Source: the human T2T-CHM13v2.0 reference genome, Homo sapiens
NCBI RefSeq assembly: GCF_009914755.1
Contig: NC_060933.1
Length of the DNA: 64,000 nt
Reading direction: 5' to 3' (one strand)
Both the position numbers and the translations under genes were made by a program. Numbering within the stretch: position 1 is the first letter of the stretch; every line of letters begins with the position of its first letter. Positions 30,878 to 47,766 of the stretch are shown piece by piece. The notes below the pieces were generated by a model, which made no database searches, was not told where the DNA came from, and saw only the letters and a list, made by a program, of their open reading frames with translations.

Positions 30878-31207
30878 TTTGTTTGTTTGTTGTTGAGACA
30901 GGGTCTCACACTTTTTTTTCTTTTTGAGACGGAGTCTCGCTCTGTCACCCACGCTGGCGTACAGTGGCGCAGTCTCGGCTCACTGCAACCTCTGCCTCCC
31001 AGGTTCAAGTGATTCTCCTGCCTCAGCCTCCTAAGTAGCTGGGATTACAGACATGTGCTGCCACGCCCGGCTAATTTTTGTATTTTCAATAGAGACAGGG
31101 TTTTACCATGTTGGCCAGGCTGGTCTCAAACTCCTGACCTCAAATGATCCACCTGCCTCGGCCTCCCATAGTGCTGGGATTCCAAGCATGAGCCACCGTG
31201 CCCGACC
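30878..31207 (-). mobile_element. AluS-like preceded by a second Alu 3'-end stub
   Basis: TSD aa(c/t)tgagcattt. Confidence 0.9.
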
Positions 31208-32085
31208 TAAATTGAGCATTTTCATTCAAAGTACCATTCAAGACACTTCTTTTTTGTTTTACTTAATCCACTAACCGTCCTCATGAGATAAATTGGGTAG
31301 TTTATACTGTGCTTATTTATAGGTAAAGCCAGGGAAATTAAGCCTGTACTTCAGTTTCTTATTTTATACAATAGAAATTAAATACTAAATTCCCTACTTG
31401 GATACATTCACATGATGTAGTTATTAGACCAGAAATATGATCTAGGACCCTGACATTCAGTGAGGTGAACACCCACTGATTACACTCTCCATTCTGCTTC
31501 CTGTTACTGCATCCCTGTAGATTCAGAACACCAGAGACAACTTTCTGTCTATTGTTGTTGTTTTAAACTGCTAAACAATGGGATTATATTTACTTGAGCA
31601 TCCAAAGAACATAGAGACCAGTGTATCTATTACAAGTTGAAAATTGAGACCCTTCCATTTCCTTATAGGTGAAAACTCTGTCACAAATATTTAACAGTTT
31701 GATATGCAAAAATTTTCTTTGAACATTTTTGACATTTTTAGAGTTCTTTGCTAAGATTCTTTGATTTTCTAATGGAAGTATTCAAAAATGTTCTTGAATT
31801 AGTATAAATAGTAATAAAGTGCAGAAGGGCTTCAAATTAGTATTTCTTTAGGGCTACCTTTAAGTTTGAGTAGGTGTTCAGAGCTTTTATCTAGCCATTT
31901 ACGGTAGCTACTAATGGTTCTATTGCCATTATCTTAAAGTTGTACAGAAATAAGATACAATTTAGATTTTTTGCATATTGGCTGATGGCCATGGACAGAT
32001 GTTTACCTTTGAGAACAGTGAGCTAGAGAAAGTGGTGTGTGGGAGAACAGGGGATTATTTTGTTAAACTGTCATTTTAAGAACTT

Positions 32086-32378
32086 TGCTGTGGCTCACAT
32101 CTGTAATCCCAGCACTTGGGGAGGCTGAGGTGGGAGGATTGCTTGAGCCCATGAGTTCGAGACCAGCCTGGGCAACATAGCAAGATCCATCTCTACCAAA
32201 AATTTAAAAAATTAGCTAGGCATGGTGGCATGTACCTGTAATCCTAGGTATCCTGGAGGTTGAGGCAGGAAGATAGCTTGAGCCCAGGAGTTTGAGGCTG
32301 TAGTGAACTATGAGATTGTGCCACTGTGCTGCAACCTGGGTGACAGATCAAGATCCTGCCTCAAAAAAAGAAAAAGAA
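32086..32378 (+). mobile_element. AluJ-like
   Basis: sense dimer, slightly 5'-truncated. Confidence 0.9.
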
Positions 32379-32785
32379 TATTTTTACCTTTTTAATTAAG
32401 CTGATGTTTATTAACCTTATCACTAGTTAGTATTTTATAATTATTACACTGGTTTATAATAAAGTTAACAGTGCTTAAGGGAAGTGTTGGACAACAGCTT
32501 ATTGGCCATATCTTCCTCATTTCTATTACTTTTTAAAGATACCTTGCTTTGAAACTCAAAAGATCTATGATTAAGTATCTTTTTCTTCATTATATGTTTA
32601 AGCAAAGAAGGTGATAATAATCTATCTGTAAAGCCCAGTGATAAATATAAAGGAAAGAATACTTACTTTTTTTGAGTTCTGTATGTCAGATGCCATGAAA
32701 CATGCTTTACAGCAACAAAAGAGAAAATTAAGGTTATGTTTTAGGGGGCATAGGAGTGATTTTTTTAGCTTTATAAATGCTTTAG

Positions 32786-33114
<329 letters not shown>

Positions 33115-33286
33115 TCAAATGATGTTTTCACATCAAGAGGCATAGAATGATTTTTTTCTTTTTTGTTATTATTTGCAAACTAGGCACAGAAAAGAATCAG
33201 AGATTTGAGGTCTTTGTTTAAAAAAATGGTTCTAGTATGTGACAAGAAAATGCTTTGCAAAATTAATGAAACATGTTGGTCTACAG

Positions 33287-33397
33287 TGCAGTTCCCAAAG
33301 ATAAGGACAGACAGTGCTTTAAACTACGCCAAGGAATTGATAAGAAGATTGTCATCTATGTGCAGCAAACAACTAATAAAGAACTTGCCATTGAAAG
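33287..33397 (+). CDS. RABGAP1: RABGAP1 exon 7 (AVPKDKDR...ELAIER)
   Basis: gtctacag|TGCA; GAAAG|gtaagc; 111 nt, phase 2-2. Confidence 0.95.
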
Positions 33398-33784
33398 GTA
33401 AGCATTTTTAGTAAGTTTAGCTTAAATATAAATTTTGGCTTTTATCAATCTAATGGCATAGTTTTACACTGTATTAAAAAATGTATTTCCAAAGAATTTT
33501 GTTCCCTAGGAAATTATTTTGTTTACTGAAGTCAGTGCTTCATTACTTTGAAATAGCTACTATAAATAATCAGCTAATACGCTCTCTTCAACTATGTGGT
33601 AATAAAAGGCAAACGGAATTAGCTGACCTTGAAGGAAGGATTATTATTTTAGCAACACAAATTTATTGATAACTCTAATGTGTTCTCTTTTCTATCAGCA
33701 AGAATTTGTTTTTAAAGTGGCCTAATTTAAACGTTCTTTTGTGTTATCTTTTTTCTTAAATTTATGTCAGTTCTTTTTTTGTAG

Positions 33785-33851
33785 GTGTTTTGGTCTTCTC
33801 CTTAGTCCAGGAAAAGATGTACGAAATAGTGACATGCACTTATTAGATTTG
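33785..33851 (+). CDS. RABGAP1: RABGAP1 exon 8 (CFGLLLSP...MHLLDL)
   Basis: tttttgtag|GTGT; TTG|gtaaga; 67 nt. Confidence 0.95.
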
Positions 33852-34504
33852 GTAAGAATTTATTTTTATTAGAAAGTTACATACTATTTCCTCAGTAAAG
33901 GTTGTTTCACTTTTTCTCATCTGAATCTAGTGTTAAAACATGTTTAAGAAGGTGATCTTGTAAGCTATAAAGACAACATGCAAAGGTAAGATAATTTCCT
34001 TTTTCCTGACTAGCTATTTACAAGTCTGACTTTGGATAAGCCTTGGTCTGTTAACTGTGTGGTGGTGATAAAATTCTTGTTTAAATATTTGAGTACAGTT
34101 GATGTGATAATCAAAAGAGAAAATTTATTAAAGAATGATTTATAGACTGTCGTGTATCTTACCAATAGTAGGAGTTATTAGTATTATTCCCATTATCTGA
34201 AAATCTTTATTTTCAAAACTAAAAATTATAATTCACATGAAAGAAGAATTCAACATTGGATTTAGGTTGTGGATTTTCTTAATGTGTATACAATTTGATA
34301 TTCGTAAGCATATACATATAACTTCAGGACAGTTGCATAAATAATTGTCACATTTTTTACCATAAATGTAATCATTCACATACACTTATCCTCTTCCATA
34401 TTCTTATATTTTTGCAGCTTCTGGTTTTTAAAGGCAGCAAGATGGGGGTTAACTGTTGTTCACTCACTGTGGCATTCGGGTTTATTTTTACTCTTTTTTT
34501 CTAG

Positions 34505-34607
34505 GAATCTATGGGCAAAAGTTCAGATGGAAAGTCGTATGTTATTACGGGGAGCTGGAATCCAAAATCCCCACATTTTCAAGTTGTAAATGAAGAAACT
34601 CCTAAAG
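34505..34607 (+). CDS. RABGAP1: RABGAP1 exon 9 (ESMGKSSD...EETPK)
   Basis: tttttctag|GAA; AAAG|gtgata; 103 nt. Confidence 0.95.
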
Positions 34608-35300
34608 GTGATACAGATTGTTGACATCATGAACAGAAATTTTAGTCTCAAGAAGAGATGCAAAACTAAGGACCCCTTCTTTGACCAATATCCAGTGTTT
34701 ACCTAATTTTGATGAAACCGAAGAATTTGAATAGTTCTTCACTTTATTATTAAATTTGACCTATAAGCAAAGTATCACTTTTTCCCACTTTTCCATCCTT
34801 TTTTTCATTTTTTCCTTCCCCTCTTTCTTTTCTTTCTATTTATATGCTTATTTACTTACAGACTTATAAGTTTTATTTTTGTACAGAGGTAATCCATGCA
34901 CATAAATGGTTAAAAATTTCAAAGGATTTATAGGGGGAAGTGAGTCTACCACAGTCCCCAGGGCTCTGTCCCAAAGGAATCACTGTTAGCAGTTTCTTGT
35001 GTAGCTCTTCAAATACTCTATGCATAAAGTATCTGGAAGATATTTCATATGCTCTTTGAATGGCATTTAATAGCTGCATATTATCCCATTCTGAAAATGT
35101 AATTTGCTTAATAAATGCCTCTTATTGAGCATTTTTCCCCCCTTCAGTTTTTTGTTATTAATAGCACTATAGATAAATAGTTAAAGGATGTAAACAGACC
35201 ATTCAAATACCATTGTTAACCAAATTTAAAAATTGAGAAGTTTCAGTGTTGATGAGGGTGACATAAAGAAGTCATATGCCACTTGTGCAGAACAATCTGA

Positions 35301-35595
<295 letters not shown>

Positions 35596-35838
35596 GATGA
35601 CAGTACAGTTTTGAAAGCTTTACAGTGTATACTACTGTCAGTTACTTTAAAATAATTCTCAATATGGAATTTGTTTTTGAAACCAGTTATTTGTCTAGTT
35701 ATTTTACATGTTTAATTGATGGTTCACTTAAGGTATTTTGAAAGTTTATAATAAAAGTAATAGCTTTTATGGAATCTTATGAGCAAATATATTTGTGTTT
35801 CTGATTTACCTCTTCAGCCTCTCTCCTTCTTTGTTTAG

Positions 35839-36008
35839 ATAAAGTCCTGTTTATGACCACAGCTGTAGATTTGGTAATAACAGAAGTACAGGAGCCTGTT
35901 CGATTTCTCCTGGAGACAAAAGTCCGCGTTTGCTCACCTAATGAAAGATTATTCTGGCCCTTCAGCAAACGTAGTACTACTGAAAATTTCTTTTTGAAAC
36001 TAAAACAG
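35839..36008 (+). CDS. RABGAP1: RABGAP1 exon 10 (DKVLFMTT...FLKLKQ)
   Basis: ttgtttag|AT; CAG|gtacta; 170 nt. Confidence 0.96.
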
Positions 36009-36099
36009 GTACTATATTTTTCTATTAATATAGAAGGGGGAATAAGAAAGGAGAAATCACGTCTGAGGCTGATTTCTAAGCCCTCAGATCTTTAAACAG

Positions 36100-37600
<1,501 letters not shown>

Positions 37601-37619
37601 TGGCCCCCAGTTGTTCTAC

Positions 37620-38580
37620 CACCTACTGCTTCCATTTTTACTTTCCTTTGTAGCAAAACTCCTTGGAAGATATCAAGGTCACCACTGATTTAAATTGCTA
37701 ATCTGAGTCCTCATCTTGACCTGTCTGTAGCATTTGCTTTAGATGATTACTTTCTTTTCCTTACTTTCTTTTCCTTAAAGCTCCTCTTTATCTTGGTTCT
37801 CAGGACATCTCAAACTTAACATGTCCAAAAAGGTTTATTATCTCATCTCCATCTAATCACTTCTCACCAGCTAGAGTACAATAGTCCTCATCTGAGTCAT
37901 CATTTATAGCAATAGCCTTTTTTTTTTCTTTTTTAAAATATAGATGGGGATTTGCCATGTTGTCCAGGCTGGTCTTGACCTCCTGGGCTCCAGAAGTCTG
38001 CTTACCTCAGCCTCCCAAAGTGCTGGGATTATAAGGCATGAGCCAGCACACCTGGCCTAGCAGTAGCCTCTTTACCCATCATACTGTTTCTGTCTTTGTC
38101 CCCTCTTGATTTCTTTTCAACATAATAGTAGCCTAAGGTCAGATCTTATCACTTTTCTGCATAAAACCCTCCAGCCTTGTTTTACTCAATAAAAGCCAAA
38201 GTTTTACTCAGTAAAAGCCAAAGTGCTGGGATAACAGGCTTGAGCCACTGTGCCTCACCTTATTTTTTATTTAGTAGAGATCGGGTTTCACTATGTTGGC
38301 CAGGCTGGTCTCGAACTCCTGACCTCGTGATCCATCTGCCTCGGCCTCCCAAAGTGCTGGGATTACAGGTGGGAGCCACCGCGCCTGGCCCTATTTTTTT
38401 ATTTTTTTAACCAGACTTTTACATACTGATAATGCCATGTAACATACTTTTATATTGTTTATTATCTATTTTGTATGTTAGAGTCCTCTACTAAGGAGAG
38501 ATTCTTAATCTGTCTTATTTGGTGACTTATCCCAAGTACCTGGAACATAGTAGTTCTCAATAAATATACGTTGAATTGAT
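37620..38580 (+). mobile_element. L2 fragments with FLAM (37918-38057, -) and Alu pieces (38218-38390, -)
   Basis: gacatctcaaacttaacatgtccaaaa; 3' end ctcaataaatatacgttgaat. Confidence 0.75.
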
Positions 38581-38859
38581 TTTATTTACATGCAACTTCT
38601 GTTTTCTGTTACATAAAATGAAAGTGTATGTGGGGCTTACTTGAATATACTTTTCCATATTACATTTTTTTATTTCGATAGCAAGAATTTTGATTCTAGT
38701 ATACCCAAGTTAGCCCTATTGGGTATATTTAGAAAAAGGAAATAAGCAGAGCAGGCATGGACACTTATTTTCAGTGTTGTCCTAAGAGACAAAGTAAAGC
38801 TGAGTCCCAGCACTATTCTCCCAGCTCTTCATTGTAGCAGGAGCAGAGATTAGGGGTCG

Positions 38860-39090
38860 TCATCTAGAACTTGAATTTGGAGTCAGAGCACATGGATTTT
38901 ACCGCTAGCTTGTTAACTTTGAGCAAGTTCCCTCAACTCTCTGAGTCTCAGTTTACTAAATTGTAAATTGGCAGCATAATAGAATCTTCCTCATAGTGCT
39001 GTTGTGGCATTAAATTAAAAACTATACAACATGCTTAGAATAGTTCCCAGTACATAGTAAGTTCTCCCTACATATTTGCTGTTATTATTG
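38860..39090 (+). mobile_element. MIR
   Basis: ttggagtcaga..actttgagcaagtt..ctctctgagtctcagtttac. Confidence 0.8.
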
Positions 39091-39279
39091 AGAAGGATTA
39101 TACAACCTCTCTGGGACACCAAATTAATAAAAAAGCACTAAGTCATGAAATCAGAACAGCATTGATTATTTAGATGGAGGGTGAGCCCCGGGAGAAGAAC
39201 GCATCAGAAATTAAACTAGTTTACAAACATCACTTTGAAAGTTTAGAGATTAAGAGAGAATGATCTTTAAATGTTTCTA

Positions 39280-39620
<341 letters not shown>

Positions 39621-40181
39621 TTACTTACTGGCCTGAGAATAGTTATATAATAATTTTCAGTAAAAGTTGTATGTAAAAATAGTTCTGTTTAATTAGCATT
39701 CTAACCCTTTAATCTCATTTTAGTGAACATAAATAAGATTCCCCTGATCTTGCATTTCCTTTTGACATCTAATGTTATACAACCTTGGATTCAAAGACTG
39801 CATGGGTTTACAAGGTTTTGTGGTTGGGTATAGAAGAATATATCTTTCTATGGAAACAAATTTATTTAATTTTATTTTTAAAAATTTATTTTTTATTTTT
39901 AGCAACCATAATCAGAGCTACATGTTAATTCAATGTAAAACTTTTAAAATCATACAGTATGTTATTCAAATAATAACATAACTTCTATTAATAACTTAAT
40001 TTTTTTTTAGTTAGGCTAAAAAATGACTTGACAGGGTAAACCAGCCAAAAACATACCTGAAATGCAGCCTAAGAGACTGCTCTGGACTCTTTATTAAGGC
40101 TACAAACTAAACTTAAGCCGAGTTTTCACTGTTTTCTTTGCAAAAAGCAGAAGTGTGTATGTGGAAGCTCGGGGGAGAGCA

Positions 40182-40273
40182 GGAAATTCCCGATGATAAT
40201 CTTTTATTTTTCTCCTTATTTGGATAAGTCTTTGTGTTTGTGCGGGGATTTAGGGGGAGTGCTAGGGAGTGGG
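40182..40273. promoter_or_regulatory. Candidate enhancer motif cluster (NF-kB, GATA, CArG, G-quadruplex)
   Basis: GGAAATTCCC 40182-91; TGATAA 40194-99; CCTTATTTGG 40214-23; four G-tracts 40244-73. Confidence 0.45.
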
Positions 40274-41514
40274 AAAGGAGAGGTAGAATGGGAAGAATTT
40301 GAACAACTTTTCGCTGTCTTAAAGCATTTAGAACACTGTTAATCTCACCCCTTGTAACTTAATAAACTAAATGTATTCCCTCTTTTACATTCATGGCATT
40401 AAAAAGTATTTGAGGTTCAACTGTGACCATCATTGTCTTGGCTACTTCACTTTTTAAAATCTTATGTAGTTTTCACAGTGATTCAATGAGGATAAATAGT
40501 ATTTTCACTTTATAGATGAGGAAACTGAGATCCAAAGATATTTAGCAGTAGATTTTATGGGATGTTATATGAACAAAACATATATCTAAGCCTTTTAAAA
40601 GTCTCTGCCAGGACACTCTCCAGAGAAACATGCTACTTTTGTCTTTTCATCTATAAGAGTATTTTTAGGATTTACTGAAATTAAGCATAATTTAAAATTT
40701 TAACCATTTTCCGTTCTCCTTAGACTGAAAAGGAAACAATGCTACAAAGCAAATTTAAGAATATACAACATACAGCATTTCTGTTTTTTGCTGCCAGTAT
40801 AGGAAAACAATATGTAAATGCTTTTTAAGACCTGTTTAAAAATTGATTCTTTTTCCTTTCACTAAAATTATCTGGTGACTCAGCAATTCCTTTTATCCTG
40901 GAAGCCTTCCCATCTGTGAGACTGTTATATTAAGATAGCATCATAGTAGAGAAGAAACTAAACATTAGTAGGGACAGGAGGATTGCTTTCTTGGACTTAA
41001 ATTTTCTTATACTACTTACTGAAAGAGCAAGAAAATGAGCTAATGAATAGATTTTCCAATAGTGACATAAGGCGAACAAAAGACCAATTAAACATTCTTA
41101 TAACTATAGAATAATGTCATTTTTATTGCCAATTAAACTATAGGGGTCTTAAAATCTTTCATAAAATTACTGTTTTATAAATGAAGAAGCTGATATCTGA
41201 AAGACTAAGTGGTATGGCCAATGTTGTACAGATAATTAGTATAACTATAACTGGATACCCGGGCCTCTTATTTTAATTTGCTGAGAGTGTATGTGTGTGG
41301 TACACACATTCCTCTCAAGATAAAAATATACAAATGCTTTCCATTCCACTGCTGAATTGAGAGGTGTGTGATATTAGGTTGTTCCAGTATTTCTGATGGG
41401 AAGTGTGATCACTTAATTAAGGTGGTGACCACTGGATCTCTCCTTTGTAAAATAGGGTTTTTCTTGACACTTAGCAAGTAATCTTTGGGGGTGACGCTTT
41501 GGCAGCTTCCAAAT

Positions 41515-41821
41515 ATCCTGTATCTCAACAACGTCTTTTTTGTTTTTTTTTTCCTTCACTCTGCAGCCCAGCCTGGAGTGCAGTGTCAAAAGCACGGCTC
41601 GCTACAGCCTTGACCTCCTGGGCTCAAGTGATCCTCCTACATCAGCCTCCCAAGTAGCTGGGATCAAGGTGCACTACCATGCCTGGCTAATTTTTTAATT
41701 TTTTGGAGAGACGGAGTTTCACCATGTTGCCCAGGCTGGTCTCAAACTGGAGTTCAAATGATACTCCCACCTCAGCCTCCCAAAGTGCTGAGATTATAGG
41801 CATGAGCCACTATGCCCAGCC
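41515..41821 (-). mobile_element. AluJ-like
   Basis: antisense dimer. Confidence 0.88.
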
Positions 41822-42013
41822 AATAACTAATTAACTAATATTTTTAGTATCTGTTGGTGATATTTACCTGATTCAGTTGAGTTCATTCACGTATTTTCAG
41901 TAATAATTTGACATTACAGGATTTTCTTTTTAAAATATTTATATGCATATATTTTATTTACAGTAACAGTAAATAATTTATTTGCCTTATCTTCATCAAA
42001 ATCTAAAAAAGTC

Positions 42014-42331
<318 letters not shown>

Positions 42332-43835
42332 TTAATAATAGAATTATTGGGTGAAATTTAAGATTTTATGGAACTTCTTTTTGTCCTTTGAATATGTTTC
42401 AGTAAGATTATAAAATGGTTGCTGTTTAAAAATCACTGGGAATAATTTTTTATTGTGGTTCTGTTACCGTTTGACATATAGTTAGGTTCATTTGTTTCCA
42501 TTTATTTTAGCTTAGGGGCTTGGGATTTTTTTTTTCCTTTTTTTTTTGAATATATAAAATACTTATAAATGTCATAATTATGTAGAAATGTATACTCGGA
42601 AGTCCGCTTCCATTTGTATCTCCTTACCCCCATACCCATAGATAACAATTATTATTGGTTTATGGTTTATTATCCTGATTTCATTTTTGTGAAGATAAAA
42701 TTCTGTATATTTTTAACTTCCTTCTGAAATAAAAATTAGCATACTCCATATGTCTTATCCTATACATTGCTTTTTAAACTTAATATATCCTGGGGATCAT
42801 TCCACATCAGTGCATAGAGATTTCCTCATTTCCGTTTTAATGGCTATTTAGTACTGTCCTATTTGGATGAACTATGGGCTTTTCAACCAGTCTGCTATTG
42901 ATGGACACTTGGACTGGTTTCCAGTCGTTTGCTGTTCCAAATAATGTTGCAGTGTGGAATCTTATGTATGTGTTATTTTGATTTTATGAAAGTGCATCTT
43001 AGAATAGACTCCTATTAGTATAATCACTGACACATAAGGTGAACGTACATATGCTATTGTTATATTTGCCAAATTCCCTTCTGTAGAAGGTGTAACCATG
43101 GACAGGGTATGAGAATACCTGTTTCTCTGCAGGGTTGTCGAGTGTGTTGTCAGACTTAAGGATCTGTGAGGCAGTGGTGTCTAAGAATAGTTTTAGTTTA
43201 TCCTCTGCCTTTTTAATGTATAAGGGTGACTTTTCTGTGAATTTTCTATTCATATCTTTTGCTTATTTTTCTCTTTGACTTTGGTCTTTTTCGTCTTTAT
43301 TTTCAGAACCTCTTTGTATATTCAAGAGAGATTAACCCTTGGAGATATGATAGTCCTCCCAGTTTGTCACTTATCTTTTAGCTTACATCATGGTGATTCT
43401 TTTTGGGTTTGTCATGCAGTTTCTTCTTATGTACTTGAATATATCAGTATTTTCTTTTAAACCTCTCTGGATTTGAGATCATAGTTAGAAAGGCTTTCCT
43501 AACTCCCAAGTTACAAAAAGAATACACTCTTCTGTTACTCTCCTGTTACTTATATGGTTTCATTTTACTCTTTTAGATTTCTGATTCATTAGTATTTTAT
43601 TCCTGTGTACTCTGGTATATAGCGTAAAGTGTGGATTTGATTTAATCTTTTTCCAAATGGCTATTCTCTTGTCCCAACACCATTCATTAAAAACTATTAA
43701 CTTTTCTACCCAGTGATTTGAAATGCTACACTTATCATATATGAAATTTCCCTGTGTGTTTGAACCTCTTTCTGGTATTTATATTCTGTTCCTCTGGTCT
43801 TGCATTAGAATCACACGGTTGTAATTATGTAGACT

Positions 43836-44142
<307 letters not shown>

Positions 44143-44161
44143 CAATGTGTAGACTTTATAA

Positions 44162-44953
<792 letters not shown>

Positions 44954-45123
44954 ACTGCTGATGTTTTTATTGGGGAAAATTGACATCTTTATGATGTTGA
45001 GTCATCTTATCCAGGAACATGGGATGTCTTTCCATTTATTCAAGTCTACCCTTTTTTGTCTCATCTGACTGCTTTTAATTATTTTATATGTTTATAACAT
45101 ATATTTCATAAATATAATATATC

Positions 45124-45223
45124 TAATTTAAAAACCTGTTTAAATTTTATATATAATTTAAAACCTATGTTTAAATTTTATATATAATTTAAAACCTATG
45201 TTTAAATTATATGTATAATTTAA
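45124..45223. repeat. AT-rich minisatellite, 31-bp unit, about 3.2 copies
   Basis: taatttaaaacctatgtttaaattttatata-type units at 45124, 45154, 45185. Confidence 0.9.
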
Positions 45224-45421
45224 TATATAAAAGTTTTATATTTAACATATATAATTCAAAAAGCTTTTTACTATGGAAAATTCAAACATATGCAGAAATT
45301 GTAAAATAGTATAACGAATCCCCATGTACTATTACCCAGCTTCAACAATTAACATTTTTCATAGTTAGAGTCCTTGGCTTACAAGTTTGGTCCAGTAATT
45401 GACTGTATTTATCTGACTTCA

Positions 45422-45880
<459 letters not shown>

Positions 45881-46284
45881 TTAAATTCTCTTTCTTATTA
45901 AAGTATAATTTTCAAGAGTTAAAAATCATAATTATCAATTTAGAATGAACATGTATCAAATATTCTAATTCAGTGTATTAATTAATGAGAGAACCAGAAA
46001 GGTAGCAAAACTCTGAGTACTTGTGGAACTTGGATTTACATGGTCCTTCCTTTCAAAAAAAAGAATGTTACAAAAAGATTACTAGATTAGAAATAAAACT
46101 GGTTAATGTCCTTTAGGTAACTTTTGGGTTATATTTTCTCTTGGACAGAAATCATTTGCATATCTCCTGGACACAAATCTATAGGTTAACATGTAACTTC
46201 AGAGTCTGAGTCCTTAATTAATAGTAAGTAGCTAAGTCAAAATGGCATATTCATCTAGAAAATTAAGTAATCCTTGGGTGGACA

Positions 46285-46505
46285 TGTTAAACCAAAGTTG
46301 ACAGACAGGCCTGTAGGTCAAACCTGGCCTGTCACTTGTTTTTGTAAATAAAGTTCTATTGGAACACAGCCAAACTCACTCATTTATTGCCTGGCTGCTT
46401 TTGCACTATAACAGCAGAGTTGTGTAGTTGTAATAGAGACAACTGGCCCATATAGCCTAAAATGTTTACTATTTGGCTCTTTACAGAAAAGTTTACTGAC
46501 TTCTG
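46285..46505 (+). mobile_element. MER58A
   Basis: gtttttgtaaataaagttctattggaacacagcc..tttacagaaaagttt. Confidence 0.88.
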
Positions 46506-47591
46506 TATTAAACAGTGCTTCAAGATGATATTGAAAGAGCATGTTGCCACTATCGTGGCCTTACTTCCATGATAGGGTTAATTTATTTTAAGAACCCAAA
46601 TGAACATTGCAATGATAAAAATCTGCTCTGGCTGATATTTCTATAGCTCATGAACATCTTATTCCCCCATCTCCCTTTCTGTGTTTTTACTTTGGTATGT
46701 GTGTATATATATATTTTTGTATAGCCACCTTTCTAGTTTTCTCTGTACCTTTTCCTATAGCTCTCCCTTTTTATTCTTCCCTATATTTCATGCTACCTTC
46801 CTTATATGGAAGGAAGAATGTTAGTATACTTACTTACATGTAATATGGAATGTTAATGTACTTATAATGTGTATTGTAGTGTAAAGTTTTATATTCCTGG
46901 TTTAAATTTTTAATTTAGGTCAGTTTAAATTATATGTTTGCCTCAAAATAAAACTAAAATACAATCAGTTGGAGTAATCAACATTTTTGTGGTTACTGTT
47001 GATGTGTTCTCTGCCATTCACCTCCCCCTGACCCCACCCCAACTCCAAGTTGTAGCTTTCAGTTGAAGAAAAAGTTCTCTACACTGTTTTAAGCAAAAGG
47101 AGTGGGGATAAAACACTGGAACATTATTAGAAGTAAGAATTTTCTTAGTCTTGAAGTTTATGTTTTAGAGTAATTTAAAACACTTTTTCTGTGTAGTTTT
47201 ATATAGGAAACCTTGAAGGATGCCTTCACTAATTTGGGAGATACAGAACTGTTAGCTCTTTAGTTGACACTGGTTAAACATTGGTAGTTGGATACTTGAC
47301 AATATGGTTTGAAGACAAACCAATATGGTTTGAAGCAGAACTAGAGTACTGCTTAGTAAATGCCCAATTTTCCTAAGAATTTTAAGATCTAAACATATGC
47401 TTTTCTGTTTTAAAAAGTTACTTCTAATGTAGATACTCAAAAAAACATCATTTATTTTCACATCCTGTATGAAATCAGAAGTGATTGCAGTGAGCCGAGA
47501 TCACTGCAATTAAAAACATTAAAAACACTGCAATTAATTAAAAACATAAAGAACTTTACTGCTTAATAAATAATATTTTTTCATCTTCAAG

Positions 47592-47766
47592 ATAAAGCAA
47601 AGGGAGAGAAAGAATAATACTGACACTTTATATGAAGTTGTATGCTTGGAAAGTGAATCAGAAAGAGAGAGGAGGAAAACTACAGCCAGTCCTTCAGTTC
47701 GCCTGCCACAGTCTGGATCGCAAAGTTCAGTGATACCTTCTCCTCCAGAAGATGATGAAGAGGAAG
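47592..47766 (+). CDS. RABGAP1: RABGAP1 exon 11 (IKQRERKN...EDDEEE)
   Basis: tcttcaag|ATA (AAG acceptor); GAAG|gtaaac; 175 nt. Confidence 0.94.

Noticed and set aside
33781-33790. Exon 8 also starts with GT (tag|GTGTTT)
   Set aside because: The reconstituted AAG|GTGTTT is a poor donor, unlike exon 6
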